A DNA stretch of 64,000 nucleotides from an uncultured beta proteobacterium. Lineage in GTDB: Bacteria > Pseudomonadota > Gammaproteobacteria > Burkholderiales > SG8-39. Below the pieces are notes generated by a model, which was not told where the DNA came from, ran no database searches, and saw only the letters and a program-made list of their open reading frames with translations. The stretch covers positions 30,975 to 94,974 of the forward strand of contig CAVVGT010000012.1 of NCBI GenBank assembly GCA_963747775.1. Reading direction: 5' to 3'. Shown piece after piece: positions 19,353 to 29,027 of this stretch (positions within the stretch are counted from its first letter, which is position 1; every line of letters begins with the position of its first letter). The translations under genes and the position numbers were made by a program.

Positions 19353-20724
19353 CGGGGTGTGGCGTCGCGTCGTCGTCGCGCGCGCGTACCCTCACGGTGT
19401 GCGCGGCCTCGAGCGCCCGCAGGGCCTCGAGCGGCAGCTTGCCGGTCGCCGCCCGCGGCAGGCGCTCGACCTTCACGAGCGGTCGCGGGAGGAACGCCGG
19501 ATCGACCGTGCGGCCCAGGGCCGCCAGGATCTCGCGCTTCGTCTGTCGCGGCGCGACGACGAACGCCATCAGGCGCGTCACGCGGCCGTCGGCGCGCTCG
19601 GGGGCGTGGAACGCGCCGTCGTCCACGCCCGGGATCGCGGTGAGCGCGCGGTTGAGATCGGCAAGTGAGGCGCGCTTGCCGGCCACGTTGACGATATCGG
19701 TTGCGCGGCCTTCGAGCACGAATTCGGTCTCGCTCAGGCGGCGGATCAGGTCGCTCACCGGCACGCGCCCGTCGATCATCGCGCCTTCGACCGCCCAGCC
19801 GTCGCCGGCAGACACCACGCGGATGCCGTTTATCGTGCGCCACACCGGCGCGGCGGTAGTGTGGCGGGTCGCCACCTGCCCCGCCTCGGTGAAGCCGTAG
19901 ATCTCGTGCACGCGCGTCGCGAAGCGCTGTTCGGCGCGAGCGGCCAGCGCGGGCGCGAGCGGCGCCGCGGCGGAGAGGACGAGTTCGAGCGGCGGGAGCG
20001 TCACGTCGGCCTCGACCAGCGCGCGAATGTGGATCGGCGAGGTCACCAGCACGCGCGGCGCCGGCAGCTCGTTGAGCGCGGCTTGCACGTCGTGCGGGAA
20101 CAGCGGCCGCGCCGGGTGCAACGCGCCGCCGCCCGCGAGCGGCATGAGCACCGTCGACTCGAAGCCGTACATGTGCTGGGGCGGCACCGTGCCGAGCACG
20201 CTGAAGCCGTCGGCGGGGAGCTCGAGCGCCGCACGCTCGGCCGTGCCGCCCGCGACGAGCTTGCCCCAGCGCTTCTCGCTCGGCTGCGGCACGCCGGTGC
20301 TCCCGGAAGTGAACACGATCGCCGCCAACTGATCCGCCGGAATCGCGGGCACCGGGCCCGACCATTCGCCCGCGCCGAGATCGGACGGGTAGAGGACGAG
20401 CGCTCCCGCGCAGCCCGGCACAGCAACCTCGGCGATCGCGCCGGCGTCGGGATGTGCGGCAAGGACGCGCGCGAGCGCGTGCGCGTGGCGGCTCGGCGGG
20501 AAAAGGCTCGCCTTGCCCGCCAGGAGCGCGGCGGCAAACGCGACCGCGAACCGGTAGCGGTCCTCGCACAGGTTGACGAGATGCGGGCCCGCGGGCAGGC
20601 GCTCGGCGAGCGCGGCGACCTCGGCCAGGAAGCGTGCGCAGGACACCGGCACGCCGTCGCGCCAGGCGAGCGGGCGCGCGAGCTCGCGATGCCCGATGAG
20701 CGGAACGCGGTCGGTGGGCGTCAC
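19342..20724 (-). CDS. AMP-dependent acyl-CoA/ACP ligase (XanA2-like starter ligase)
   Basis: FTSGSTGVP, PPQHMYG, EIYGFTE, ATGKL. Confidence 0.88.
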   Translation of the reverse strand: MTPTDRVPLIGHRELARPLAWRDGVPVSCARFLAEVAALAERLPAGPHLVNLCEDRYRFAVAFAAALLAGKASLFPPSRHAHALARVLAAHPDAGAIAEVAVPGCAGALVLYPSDLGAGEWSGPVPAIPADQLAAIVFTSGSTGVPQPSEKRWGKLVAGGTAERAALELPADGFSVLGTVPPQHMYGFESTVLMPLAGGGALHPARPLFPHDVQAALNELPAPRVLVTSPIHIRALVEADVTLPPLELVLSAAAPLAPALAARAEQRFATRVHEIYGFTEAGQVATRHTTAAPVWRTINGIRVVSAGDGWAVEGAMIDGRVPVSDLIRRLSETEFVLEGRATDIVNVAGKRASLADLNRALTAIPGVDDGAFHAPERADGRVTRLMAFVVAPRQTKREILAALGRTVDPAFLPRPLVKVERLPRAATGKLPLEALRALEAAHTVRVRARDDDATPHPDGE

Positions 20725-20725
20725 G

Positions 20726-21328
20726 TCAGGGTCGGAGCAACTCTGGGGCGCGGCGCACAAGGTTGGCCGCGACCGTGACCGGGTTTTTGTGCGGGAACTG
20801 CGGGTAGCGCCACACCCGGTAAGCGTACTCGCCGAAATAGAGGAGCGCCAAGAGCGCGTAGCTCGCAAAGTTGACGAAGAGCGATTGCGCTGCGGCAGTC
20901 GCGAAGAGCGCGAGCGCTGCGGCCACTCCCGGGATGCCGGCGAGCAGGATCGCCCACGCCCAGGTCAGCCTGCGCGCGTAGCCGGCGAGGCCTGTCGGAA
21001 AATCGCCGTCGCGCTCCAGCCGCGCGATGGTCTCGACCAAGGGCGTGCGGCCGGGCAGGAGCGTGCGTCCGAAGAGCCACGCGCCGGCGAGGAAAGCGAG
21101 CGCAGGGCCGGCGAGCGCGAGCTGCGCGATCACGCGGAGGTCGATCCAGGCGGAGGCGATCGCGGCGACCGCCGCGAGGGCGGCGACCCATGTCGGCATG
21201 CGGGCCACCAACGCGCCGACGGTGAGCACGGCGAGGAACGCGACCATCACGGCGCGGTTCTCAGCGACGATGGCGAGGTGCAGCGCGAGGGGGCTCGCGA
21301 ACGCGAGGATCGCGATCGCGGCCTTCAC
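20726..21328 (-). CDS. Aryl-polyene cluster membrane protein (COG4648-like)
   Basis: FGRTLLPGRTPLV, YARRLTWAW, GEYAYR. Confidence 0.78.
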   Translation of the reverse strand: MKAAIAILAFASPLALHLAIVAENRAVMVAFLAVLTVGALVARMPTWVAALAAVAAIASAWIDLRVIAQLALAGPALAFLAGAWLFGRTLLPGRTPLVETIARLERDGDFPTGLAGYARRLTWAWAILLAGIPGVAAALALFATAAAQSLFVNFASYALLALLYFGEYAYRVWRYPQFPHKNPVTVAANLVRRAPELLRP

Positions 21329-21365
21329 GGCCCCGGACCGGCGCGGCGCTGTGGGCCGCCGCGCC

Positions 21366-21632
21366 TCACTTCTTGCGGTGCTCGTCAACGTGACGTGCGA
21401 GCCTGCGCAGGCTGGCAAAGATGTCGCGATTCGCCTCGTCGTCGGCGCGCAGCTCGACCCCGTACTGCTTGCCGATGGCAAGCGCGATCTCGAGCATGTC
21501 GATCGAGTCGAGGCCGAGCCCTTCCCCGTAGAGCGGCGCCTCGGGGTCGATCGCCTCGGCGGGCGCCTCGAGGTTCACGGCCTCCACGACCAGGCGCGCA
21601 ATCTCGGTTTCGAGGGAAGTTTGGACGTTCAT
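21366..21632 (-). CDS. Acyl carrier protein
   Basis: 88 aa, acidic; GLGLDSIDMLE phosphopantetheine site. Confidence 0.92.
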   Translation of the reverse strand: MNVQTSLETEIARLVVEAVNLEAPAEAIDPEAPLYGEGLGLDSIDMLEIALAIGKQYGVELRADDEANRDIFASLRRLARHVDEHRKK

Positions 21633-21703
21633 TGTGGTGCCATTTGTTTGTGTCCGCAATTCTACGTGACCGAAGGGAATTGTGGCGGTGCGGCAGCACC
21701 GTC

Positions 21704-23044
21704 TCAGGGCGCGGCAGGCCGGATGTTCTCTCGCCGTCGGCGCATCGCCGCAAGCGTGCGGCGCGGCGTCAGCGCGCTGAAGAAGTAGTAAATCAGCTTG
21801 AAGAGCCGGATGCGGGCGTGCACGCCGTTCGCGCGATAGATGTCCCCGGCTAGAAACGAGATCAGGCCGTCGACGGCCCCGAGCACGTTCCTCGGACCCA
21901 TCAGCAGGTCGCGCATTGCCGGCGTGGTGATGCGATAGATGAACCAGGAGAACGTGCGGATGCCGCGCCGCACGTGGCGCTCGTAGCGCGCGAGCGCGCG
22001 TGGGGCCTGCGCCGGGTCGCGCAGTGCCGCGTCCACGGCCTCGGCGCCCGCAAAGGCGCTGGACATGGCGAGGTAGACCCCCGAGGAGAAGACCGGGTCC
22101 ACGAAGGCGTAGGCGTCGCCGACCATCAGGTGGTTCGCGCCCGTGCAGCGCGTCGCCTGATAGCTGTAGTTGCCGGTCGCCGTCACCGGCGCGATGCGGC
22201 GCGCCCGCGCGAGCCGCTCGGCAATCGCCGGGCAGAGCGCGATTGTCTCGTCGAGGAACTGCTCGAGCGAGCCCTTGCGCCGCTTGAGGTAGTAGGGCCA
22301 GCACACTGCGCCCACGCTGGTGATCCCGCGCTGCAGGGGGATGAACCAGATCCAGCCGTGGTCGAACCAGTATATGCTGATGTTGCCCTCGTCCTCTCCG
22401 GAGAACCGCTGCGCGTCCTCGTAGTGGCCGTAGAGGGCCACGCTGGCGTGCTTCGGGTTCGTCTCCTTGATCCGGAACAGGCCCGCGAGGAACGTGTCGC
22501 GGCCCGAAGCGTCGACGAGGAACCGCGCGCGCCACTCGAGCGCGCCCTCCGGCCCGGGGGTTTCCAGCCGGCTGGTTTCCGACCCCCGGGTTTCAGGCCC
22601 GCGGGCCCGCACGCGCACCTCGTCGCGGCCGAAGTCGACCTGCTCGGCGCGCGTGTCCTCAAGCACCTGGACACCCTTGCGCGCCGCGTTGCGCAGCAAG
22701 AGGTGATCGAGGTCGGCGCGATGCACCTCGAAGCCGCTCGGCAGGGACTTGTCGAGCGCCTGGCGGAAGTAGAACGTCTCCGCCTTGCCGTGATACATGG
22801 AGCTGAACTGCGCGCCGTTCTTCACCAGGCCGATCTTCCGCACGTCCTCGAGCACGCCGAGCCGCTCGAACAGGGGATTGTTGTGCGGGAGCAGGGATTC
22901 GCCGATGTGAAAGCGCGGGTGGCGGTCCTTCTCAAGCACCACGACCTTCCAGCCGCGCTCCGCGAGAAGCGCCGAGATCGTCGCGCCCGCCGGCCCCCCG
23001 CCGATCACCATGACGTCGCAGCGGTGATGTGCGTCAGCGCTCAT
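21704..23044 (-). CDS. Flavin-dependent halogenase
   Basis: GGGPAG, HIGES, VKNGA (candidate catalytic Lys), GWIWFIPL (WxWxIP), GDAYAFVDPVFSSG. Confidence 0.85.
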   Translation of the reverse strand: MSADAHHRCDVMVIGGGPAGATISALLAERGWKVVVLEKDRHPRFHIGESLLPHNNPLFERLGVLEDVRKIGLVKNGAQFSSMYHGKAETFYFRQALDKSLPSGFEVHRADLDHLLLRNAARKGVQVLEDTRAEQVDFGRDEVRVRARGPETRGSETSRLETPGPEGALEWRARFLVDASGRDTFLAGLFRIKETNPKHASVALYGHYEDAQRFSGEDEGNISIYWFDHGWIWFIPLQRGITSVGAVCWPYYLKRRKGSLEQFLDETIALCPAIAERLARARRIAPVTATGNYSYQATRCTGANHLMVGDAYAFVDPVFSSGVYLAMSSAFAGAEAVDAALRDPAQAPRALARYERHVRRGIRTFSWFIYRITTPAMRDLLMGPRNVLGAVDGLISFLAGDIYRANGVHARIRLFKLIYYFFSALTPRRTLAAMRRRRENIRPAAP

Positions 23045-23096
23045 GCTTGGCCGTGGCTCCGAGCCGGATAACGAGGGGCGACGAACGACGCACCGA

Positions 23097-23849
23097 TTAT
23101 AGCCACCGCCGGGCCGCCAGAATGGGCAATCGCGTGATGAAGCCGATCATCAGGCGCGCGTGCATCCAGGTGAGGAGCGCGTTGTCGCGGACATACTTGA
23201 AGTGCGACACGCCCCCCTCCTCGGGACGCAAATAACGAACAGGCGCCGACCGGTTCACCGGTGGCACGCCGGCCCAGGCGAGCTTCACGACCGCCTCGGG
23301 ATCGAAGTCGAAGCGGCGCATGAAGGGCGTGCGCGCCATCGCGTGCGCGAGGGGGGCGATCGGATATACGCGGAATCCGAACAGCGAGTCGCCGATCCCG
23401 CTCCAGAGGGTCTCGAGGTTCGCCCACCAGTTGGAGATCCTGCGCCCGCGCACGCGCAGCGCGGGCGCGGACGCGTCGAACACGGGCACGCCGAGGATCA
23501 TCGCCTCGGGCGCGGCGTGCGAGGCGGCCATGAACTCGGGAATTAGGGCGGCCGGATGCTGGCCGTCGGCGTCCATTGTGAGCGCGTGGGTGAAGCCCGC
23601 CGCCGCCGCGGCACGGATGCCGTGCAGCACTGCGGCGCCCTTGCCCGAGTTGACGGCGAGCTCGAGCACCCGCAGCCCGGGATCCGCCGCCGCGAGCAGC
23701 GCGAGGCACTCGCGGCTGCCGTCGGTGCTGCCGTCCAGCACGACCCAGACTGGGTTCCAGTGTGCGCGCGCCGCGCGCACCGTCTCCACCAGGATCGGGC
23801 CGGTGTCGTAGCTCGGAACGAGGACGAGATGGGTCGTCGAGGTCTGCAT
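23097..23849 (-). CDS. Glycosyltransferase family 2
   Basis: LDGSTD, NSGKGAA, MDADGQH. Confidence 0.9.
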   Translation of the reverse strand: MQTSTTHLVLVPSYDTGPILVETVRAARAHWNPVWVVLDGSTDGSRECLALLAAADPGLRVLELAVNSGKGAAVLHGIRAAAAAGFTHALTMDADGQHPAALIPEFMAASHAAPEAMILGVPVFDASAPALRVRGRRISNWWANLETLWSGIGDSLFGFRVYPIAPLAHAMARTPFMRRFDFDPEAVVKLAWAGVPPVNRSAPVRYLRPEEGGVSHFKYVRDNALLTWMHARLMIGFITRLPILAARRWL

Positions 23850-23872
23850 CTGCGGCGGGGCGCCCGCGGCGC

Positions 23873-24640
23873 TCACGCCGCCCGCGGCTTGACGGCGCGG
23901 TATTCCGAGAAGACGCCCAGCTCCACGTGCCGCGTGACCTCGGCGAAGCCCGCAGCGGCAAGCGTGCGCATCACCGCCTCGGGCGGCACGCAAGCCTCGA
24001 TCGTGTCCCAGTAATAGCGCATGAGTCGTGGGCTGTCGTCGGTGCGGGCAATCACCCGCGCAAGCAGGGGCACGAACCCGCGCATGTACGCCTTGAGGAC
24101 CGCGGTGCCGAGCCGGCTCGCCGGCCGCGTGATCTCGAGGATGCAGGCGACCCCGCCGGGCGCGAGGACACGGTGGAACTCGTGGAATGCGACCTCGAGG
24201 TCGGAGATGTGCCGCAGTGCATAGCCCATGCTCAGGAACTCGGCGCAGCCGTCGAGGAGCGGGATCGATTCCGCCGCGCCCTCCAGCAATCGCACGTCCT
24301 CCGGAAGCGCCGCATTGCGCCGCATGCCGGCGCTCGGATCCACGCCGGTGACCGCGCGCGGATCGCCGACGATGCGCACCGCCTCGCGCGCGAGGAGCCC
24401 GGTGCCGGTGCCGACGTCCACGACGCGCATGCCAGGCGCGAGGCCTGCGCGCAGGAGCGCCTGCCGCCGGTACCAGGGGCCCGAGCCGAACGCCATCGCC
24501 CGCTCGACGCGGTCGTAATCGACGGCGGTGCGGTCGAAGATGTCGCGCACCCACGCGCGTCGCTCGGTCTCGCTCGGGAAGTACGCCTTGAGCGGCGGAT
24601 GCGGGGCGTGAACCGGCTCGCGCTCGTTCGTCATGGCCAC
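23873..24640 (-). CDS. UbiE/MenG-like SAM methyltransferase
   Basis: IFDRTAVDYD, DVGTGTG, GYALRH, RVLAPGG. Confidence 0.87.
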   Translation of the reverse strand: MAMTNEREPVHAPHPPLKAYFPSETERRAWVRDIFDRTAVDYDRVERAMAFGSGPWYRRQALLRAGLAPGMRVVDVGTGTGLLAREAVRIVGDPRAVTGVDPSAGMRRNAALPEDVRLLEGAAESIPLLDGCAEFLSMGYALRHISDLEVAFHEFHRVLAPGGVACILEITRPASRLGTAVLKAYMRGFVPLLARVIARTDDSPRLMRYYWDTIEACVPPEAVMRTLAAAGFAEVTRHVELGVFSEYRAVKPRAA

Positions 24641-24670
24641 GCGGCGTTCGCGCCGGACTGCTTCGCCTGA

Positions 24671-25459
24671 CTAGGGTGCATCGTTGATCATCCTTCCGAG
24701 CTCGGCGCGAAAATAGGTCTCCACTTCCGCGACGAGCGCCTGGGAATCGTCGCGCGGCGCAAACCGCTGGCCGAGCCGTACGCGGTAGACGAGCGGGAAC
24801 TCCGGTCTACGGAGAAGCGGCCAGCCCTTGCGCATATAACGTGTGTCGGTCTCGATGATCACCGTCTGAACCAACACCCCCGCACGCTGCGCGATCGGCG
24901 CGAAGCCGGTCCTGAACGCGTTCACCGGTGCCTGCACGGTGCGCGTGCCCTCGGGAAAGAAGATCACGTGCTGCCCGGCGCGGAGCGTGGCCACCGCCGA
25001 CCGGATCATGGCCTTGGGCGCGTCGCCCGGGATGTAGCCGGCGAGCTTCGCGCCGCCGCCGAGGAACGGATTGTCCAGGACTTCGCGTTTCATGACGCAA
25101 ACCGCTTTGGGCAGGCGCGACACCAGCAGCATCGCGTCGAGGTAGGTCGGATGATTCGGCGCGATCACGACCGGCGGTCCGCCGCGAAGCGCGTCGAGGG
25201 CGCGCAGATCGCAGCGTGCGAGGCCGAGCCGGTGCAGCAGGCCGAGGAAACACCGGAATGAGAGCGTTGCGGCGCCTTGGCCGAGGGCACACCCGACACG
25301 GCGCGGGAGGAGGAAGTACAGGACCGATCCGGCGACCGTGTGGGCGAGCCCGGCGACGCAGAACACGAGCACCGCGAAGCCGAAGGCGATGCGCTCGTAG
25401 AGCCCGCGCGCGAACGGCGCGGCGCGCTTGCCGGGGAGGGCGCCCACGCCGTCCGGCAT
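24671..25459 (-). CDS. PlsC-like lysophospholipid acyltransferase
   Basis: NHPTYLD (HX4D), FPEGTR. Confidence 0.9.
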   Translation of the reverse strand: MPDGVGALPGKRAAPFARGLYERIAFGFAVLVFCVAGLAHTVAGSVLYFLLPRRVGCALGQGAATLSFRCFLGLLHRLGLARCDLRALDALRGGPPVVIAPNHPTYLDAMLLVSRLPKAVCVMKREVLDNPFLGGGAKLAGYIPGDAPKAMIRSAVATLRAGQHVIFFPEGTRTVQAPVNAFRTGFAPIAQRAGVLVQTVIIETDTRYMRKGWPLLRRPEFPLVYRVRLGQRFAPRDDSQALVAEVETYFRAELGRMINDAP

Positions 25460-26313
25460 CAGTCGTCCGACTCGACCAGCGTGGCCGACTGCGCGAAGAC
25501 GTACGCGATGCCGATTCCGGCGAGGAGCGCCGACCGGCTCTTCACGAGCGGACTGCCGTCGAAGACCGCGCCGTGCAGATCGAAGGCGCGCAGGAAGCCG
25601 CCCACCCAGATCCGGTTGAAGCGCTTGTTCAAGCTGAAGGTGAGCTGCGTTCCGCTATAGCCGCCGGACGCGCTATACGCCGGCCGGTCCGGGGTCGCGT
25701 ACTGCGGGTCGACCTGGTAGTAGTACTGGTTGTAGCGGCGATCGGCGAACAACGGCCCGGCCTGCACGCCGAAGCGCCAGCCGCCGCCGGGGCCGGTGTT
25801 GCGCATGAAGAAGTCGATTACCGGGTTGAAGACGACGCCGATGTACTCCGGACTCAGTCCGCCGATCGCGAACGCCGCGCGCACCGGGAGCTGCAGCGAG
25901 AGCTCGTTGTCGCGCGCGGCGTTCTCCCAAAGCTTCATCTTGAGCAGCGGTCCGAGCTCCACGGTGGGCTCGAGGTCGGGCATGCCCTGACGCGCGGTGT
26001 TCTGGTCGCTCGGTGCCGGCTGGCTCGCGTTGGCCGACACGTCGAACTCGAAGCGCTCGCTGTCGAGCAGCAGCAGGGCCGCGAGGCCGTGCCGGTCGTC
26101 CACCTTCAGCACCTCGCCGCGGTAGCGGGCGTACGGGAACGGGTACAGGTAGAAGCGCGACTGGTCCGAGCCCCGGTAGTCCGGCAGCCACATGGGATAT
26201 GCGCCGGCGCCGAGCTCCCACAGCGGCCGCTGCTCGGCGCCGGCGCCGGGCGGGAGGATGGCACAAAGCGCGAGCATCGCTCGGGCAATGGCGGAGGTTG
26301 TATTGGGGCGCAT
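25459..26313 (-). CDS. MipA/OmpV family outer-membrane protein
   Basis: Signal peptide; PLWELGAG, PDYRGS, SPLVKS; amphipathic beta strands. Confidence 0.85.
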   Translation of the reverse strand: MRPNTTSAIARAMLALCAILPPGAGAEQRPLWELGAGAYPMWLPDYRGSDQSRFYLYPFPYARYRGEVLKVDDRHGLAALLLLDSERFEFDVSANASQPAPSDQNTARQGMPDLEPTVELGPLLKMKLWENAARDNELSLQLPVRAAFAIGGLSPEYIGVVFNPVIDFFMRNTGPGGGWRFGVQAGPLFADRRYNQYYYQVDPQYATPDRPAYSASGGYSGTQLTFSLNKRFNRIWVGGFLRAFDLHGAVFDGSPLVKSRSALLAGIGIAYVFAQSATLVESDD

Positions 26314-26405
26314 AAAATCCTGGGCCGCGCGGGCCAACCAGCGTGCCGAGTCTAGCAGCGCCCGGCAACCGCCGCGAGCGCGCCGCACGTAAAATGTGCG
26401 TGCCG

Positions 26406-27260
26406 ATGGCCTCTCCAATCGCTCTCGCCCCGAGTCTGCGACCTGCGCCGCGACCGTGGCGCCCGGCCCCCGCCGTGCAAGCGTCGGCGGCGCTGCACGT
26501 TGCCGGTGCGGCGGCGCTCGTCGCTGTCCCGGCGGCCTGGCCCTGGGTGCTCGGCGGCCTCGTTGCGAATCACGCGGCGCTTGTCGTTGCCGGCCTCCTG
26601 CCGCGCAGTCGCGCCATCGGCCCGAACGTCGCACGGTTGCCGCCGGCCGCCGCGCGGCGCGAGCAGGTCGCGCTCACCTTCGACGACGGCCCGGATCCCG
26701 AGGTCACGCCGCGGGTGCTCGACCGGCTCGACGAAGCCGGCATGACGGCGACGTTCTTCCTGATCGGCGAGCGGGCCGCGCGGCATCCCGCGCTGGTGCG
26801 GGAGATCGTGCGCCGCGGGCACGCGGTGGAGAACCACAGCCATCGCCACTCGACGGCGTTCGCCTTCTACGGCCTCGACCGCATGCGGCGCGACGTGGAG
26901 GCGGCGCAAGCCACGATCGCGGACGCCGCCGGGGTCGCGCCGGTGTTTTTCCGCGCGCCGTTCGGGATCCGCAGCCCGCTGCTCGACCCGGCGCTCGCGC
27001 GCTGCGGCCTGCACTACGTCTCGTGGACGCGTCGCGGCTTCGATACCGTCGCGCGCAAGCCGGAGCGGGTGCTCGAACGGCTCGCCCGCGGCGCCGCGGC
27101 GGGAGACATCTATCTGTTGCACGACGGGATCGCGGCGCGCCCGCGCGCGGGCGAGGCACACGCGCTCGAGGTGCTGCCCGCGCTCGGCGCACGCCTGGCC
27201 GCGCTCGGGCTGAGGTCGGTGACCCTGCGGGCCGCGTGCGTGGGCGATGAAGGCGCCTGA
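26406..27260 (+). CDS. Polysaccharide deacetylase (NodB/CE4)
   Basis: LTFDDGP, NHSHRH, FRAPFG, LLHD. Confidence 0.92.
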   Translation: MASPIALAPSLRPAPRPWRPAPAVQASAALHVAGAAALVAVPAAWPWVLGGLVANHAALVVAGLLPRSRAIGPNVARLPPAAARREQVALTFDDGPDPEVTPRVLDRLDEAGMTATFFLIGERAARHPALVREIVRRGHAVENHSHRHSTAFAFYGLDRMRRDVEAAQATIADAAGVAPVFFRAPFGIRSPLLDPALARCGLHYVSWTRRGFDTVARKPERVLERLARGAAAGDIYLLHDGIAARPRAGEAHALEVLPALGARLAALGLRSVTLRAACVGDEGA

Positions 27261-27966
27261 GCGCGCGGCGCTCGATGCGATCGTCGCGGCGGCGGGCAGC
27301 GCCTATGCGCCGGCCGGACGCACGCCGCTGCACTTCGCGCGCGGCAAGCTGCGCCACGATCCGGTCTTCCGCGCGATCGTCGCGCGCGGCCTGGTTCCCG
27401 ACAGCGCGCGCCTCGTCGACCTCGGCTGCGGGCAGGGCGTGCTGCCCGCTTTCCTCTTCGCTGCGCGCGCCTGCTACGAGCACGGCGAGTGGCCGACCGC
27501 CTGGCCGCCGCCGCCCCGGCTCGCGTCGGTGCTCGGCGTGGATCTGCGGCGCCGTGCGGTCGTCGCCGCGCGCGTGGCGCTCCGGGAGCGAGCCACGGTT
27601 CAGGTCGGGAACGTGCGGGACGCGGAGATCCCGCAGTGCGAGGTCATCGCAATCCTCGACGTGCTGCATTACCTGCCGCCCGACGATCAGGCGGGCGTAC
27701 TCGCGCGCTGCGCGGCCGCGCTCGCGGCTGGTGGCACGCTGCTCCTGCGGGTCGGCGACGCCGATGCCGGTGTGCGTGCCGCGGTCACGCGCCTTTCCGA
27801 CCAGGCGATCACCCTGCTCCGCGGCGGATGGCCGCGGCTCTACACGCGCGGGCTCAAGGCGTGGATCGCGGCGGTCGAGCAGGCGAGCTTCCACGTCGAG
27901 GCCGCGCCGATGAGCGCGGGCACGCCGTTCGCGAACGTGCTGCTCGTCGCGCGCCGGGCGGGGTAG
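27247..27966 (+). CDS. Class I SAM methyltransferase
   Basis: [30 protein letters not shown]. Confidence 0.88.
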   Translation: MKAPERAALDAIVAAAGSAYAPAGRTPLHFARGKLRHDPVFRAIVARGLVPDSARLVDLGCGQGVLPAFLFAARACYEHGEWPTAWPPPPRLASVLGVDLRRRAVVAARVALRERATVQVGNVRDAEIPQCEVIAILDVLHYLPPDDQAGVLARCAAALAAGGTLLLRVGDADAGVRAAVTRLSDQAITLLRGGWPRLYTRGLKAWIAAVEQASFHVEAAPMSAGTPFANVLLVARRAG

Positions 27967-28009
27967 CATCTCGACTCGACACTCGTTCCTTCCCTTCCGG
28001 AGTACCCCA

Positions 28010-28861
28010 ATGACGATCAAGCATGTCGGCATCGTCGGCGCCGGCACCATGGGCAACGGCATCGCGCAGGCCTTCGCGGTCGCGGGCATCCCGGTGACGA
28101 TGACCGATATCGGCGCGGCGCCCCTCGAACGCGCCCTCAAGTCGGTCGACGGCAGCCTCGAGCGCCTCGTCAAGAAGGACAAGATGACCGCGGCTGACAA
28201 GGCCGCCGCGATCGCGCGCATCCAGACCTCGACGAGCCTCGAAGCGTTGCGCGCCGCCGACCTCGTCATCGAGGCGGCGACCGAGAACCTCGACCTCAAG
28301 CTCGAGATCTTCGGGCGCATCGATGCGGTCGCGAAGGCGGACGCGGTCGTCGCGACCAACACCTCCTCGATCTCGATCACGCGACTCGCCGCGGCGACGA
28401 AGCGGCCCGACAAGGTGATCGGGATGCACTTCTTCAACCCGGTGCCGGTGATGCAGCTCGTCGAGGTCATCCGCGGCCTGCAGACCTCGGACGGCACCTA
28501 CGCCGCGGCCGAGGCGGTCGCGAAGACGATCGGCAAGACGCCCGTGAAGGTGAGGAACTCGCCGGGCTTCGTCGTGAACCGCCTGCTCTGCCCGATGATC
28601 AACGAGGCGGTCTTCGCGCTCGGCGAGGGGCTCGCGACCGCGGCCGAGATCGACGCGGCGATGAAGCTCGGGTGCAATCATCCCATCGGTCCGCTCGCGC
28701 TCTGCGACCTGATCGGGCTCGACGTGGAGCTCGCGGTGATGCAGGTGCTGTTCGAGGGCTTCAAGGACCCGAAATACCGTCCTGCGCCGCTGCTCGTCGA
28801 AATGGTCGAGGCGGGGTATCTGGGGCGGAAGACCGGGCGGGGGTTCTACCCGTATAGCTGA
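28010..28861 (+). CDS. hbd: 3-hydroxybutyryl-CoA dehydrogenase
   Basis: [25 protein letters not shown]. Confidence 0.92.
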   Translation: MTIKHVGIVGAGTMGNGIAQAFAVAGIPVTMTDIGAAPLERALKSVDGSLERLVKKDKMTAADKAAAIARIQTSTSLEALRAADLVIEAATENLDLKLEIFGRIDAVAKADAVVATNTSSISITRLAAATKRPDKVIGMHFFNPVPVMQLVEVIRGLQTSDGTYAAAEAVAKTIGKTPVKVRNSPGFVVNRLLCPMINEAVFALGEGLATAAEIDAAMKLGCNHPIGPLALCDLIGLDVELAVMQVLFEGFKDPKYRPAPLLVEMVEAGYLGRKTGRGFYPYS

Positions 28862-29027
28862 CTGGCGGGGCGCGGGGCGATCGGTTTGCTAAGCGCCCGG
28901 TTTGCCGGCAAAATTCGCGTCCCCGCAAGGCCGGCTCGAGCCGGCGACGGCCCGGCACGAGGCCGGCGGGTCGCGGCGACGTTGCCGCACTGTTTCCACG
29001 CAACCGCATCAAGCCGAGGAGGGGGCC

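Larger units (their letters stand above)
13999..27966. other. Xanthomonadin/aryl-polyene-like biosynthetic gene cluster lacking KS/CLF
   Basis: FabG, two hotdog dehydratases, MMPL, LolA-like, two acyltransferases, AMP ligase, ACP, halogenase, GT2, deacetylase and two methyltransferases. Confidence 0.85.
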
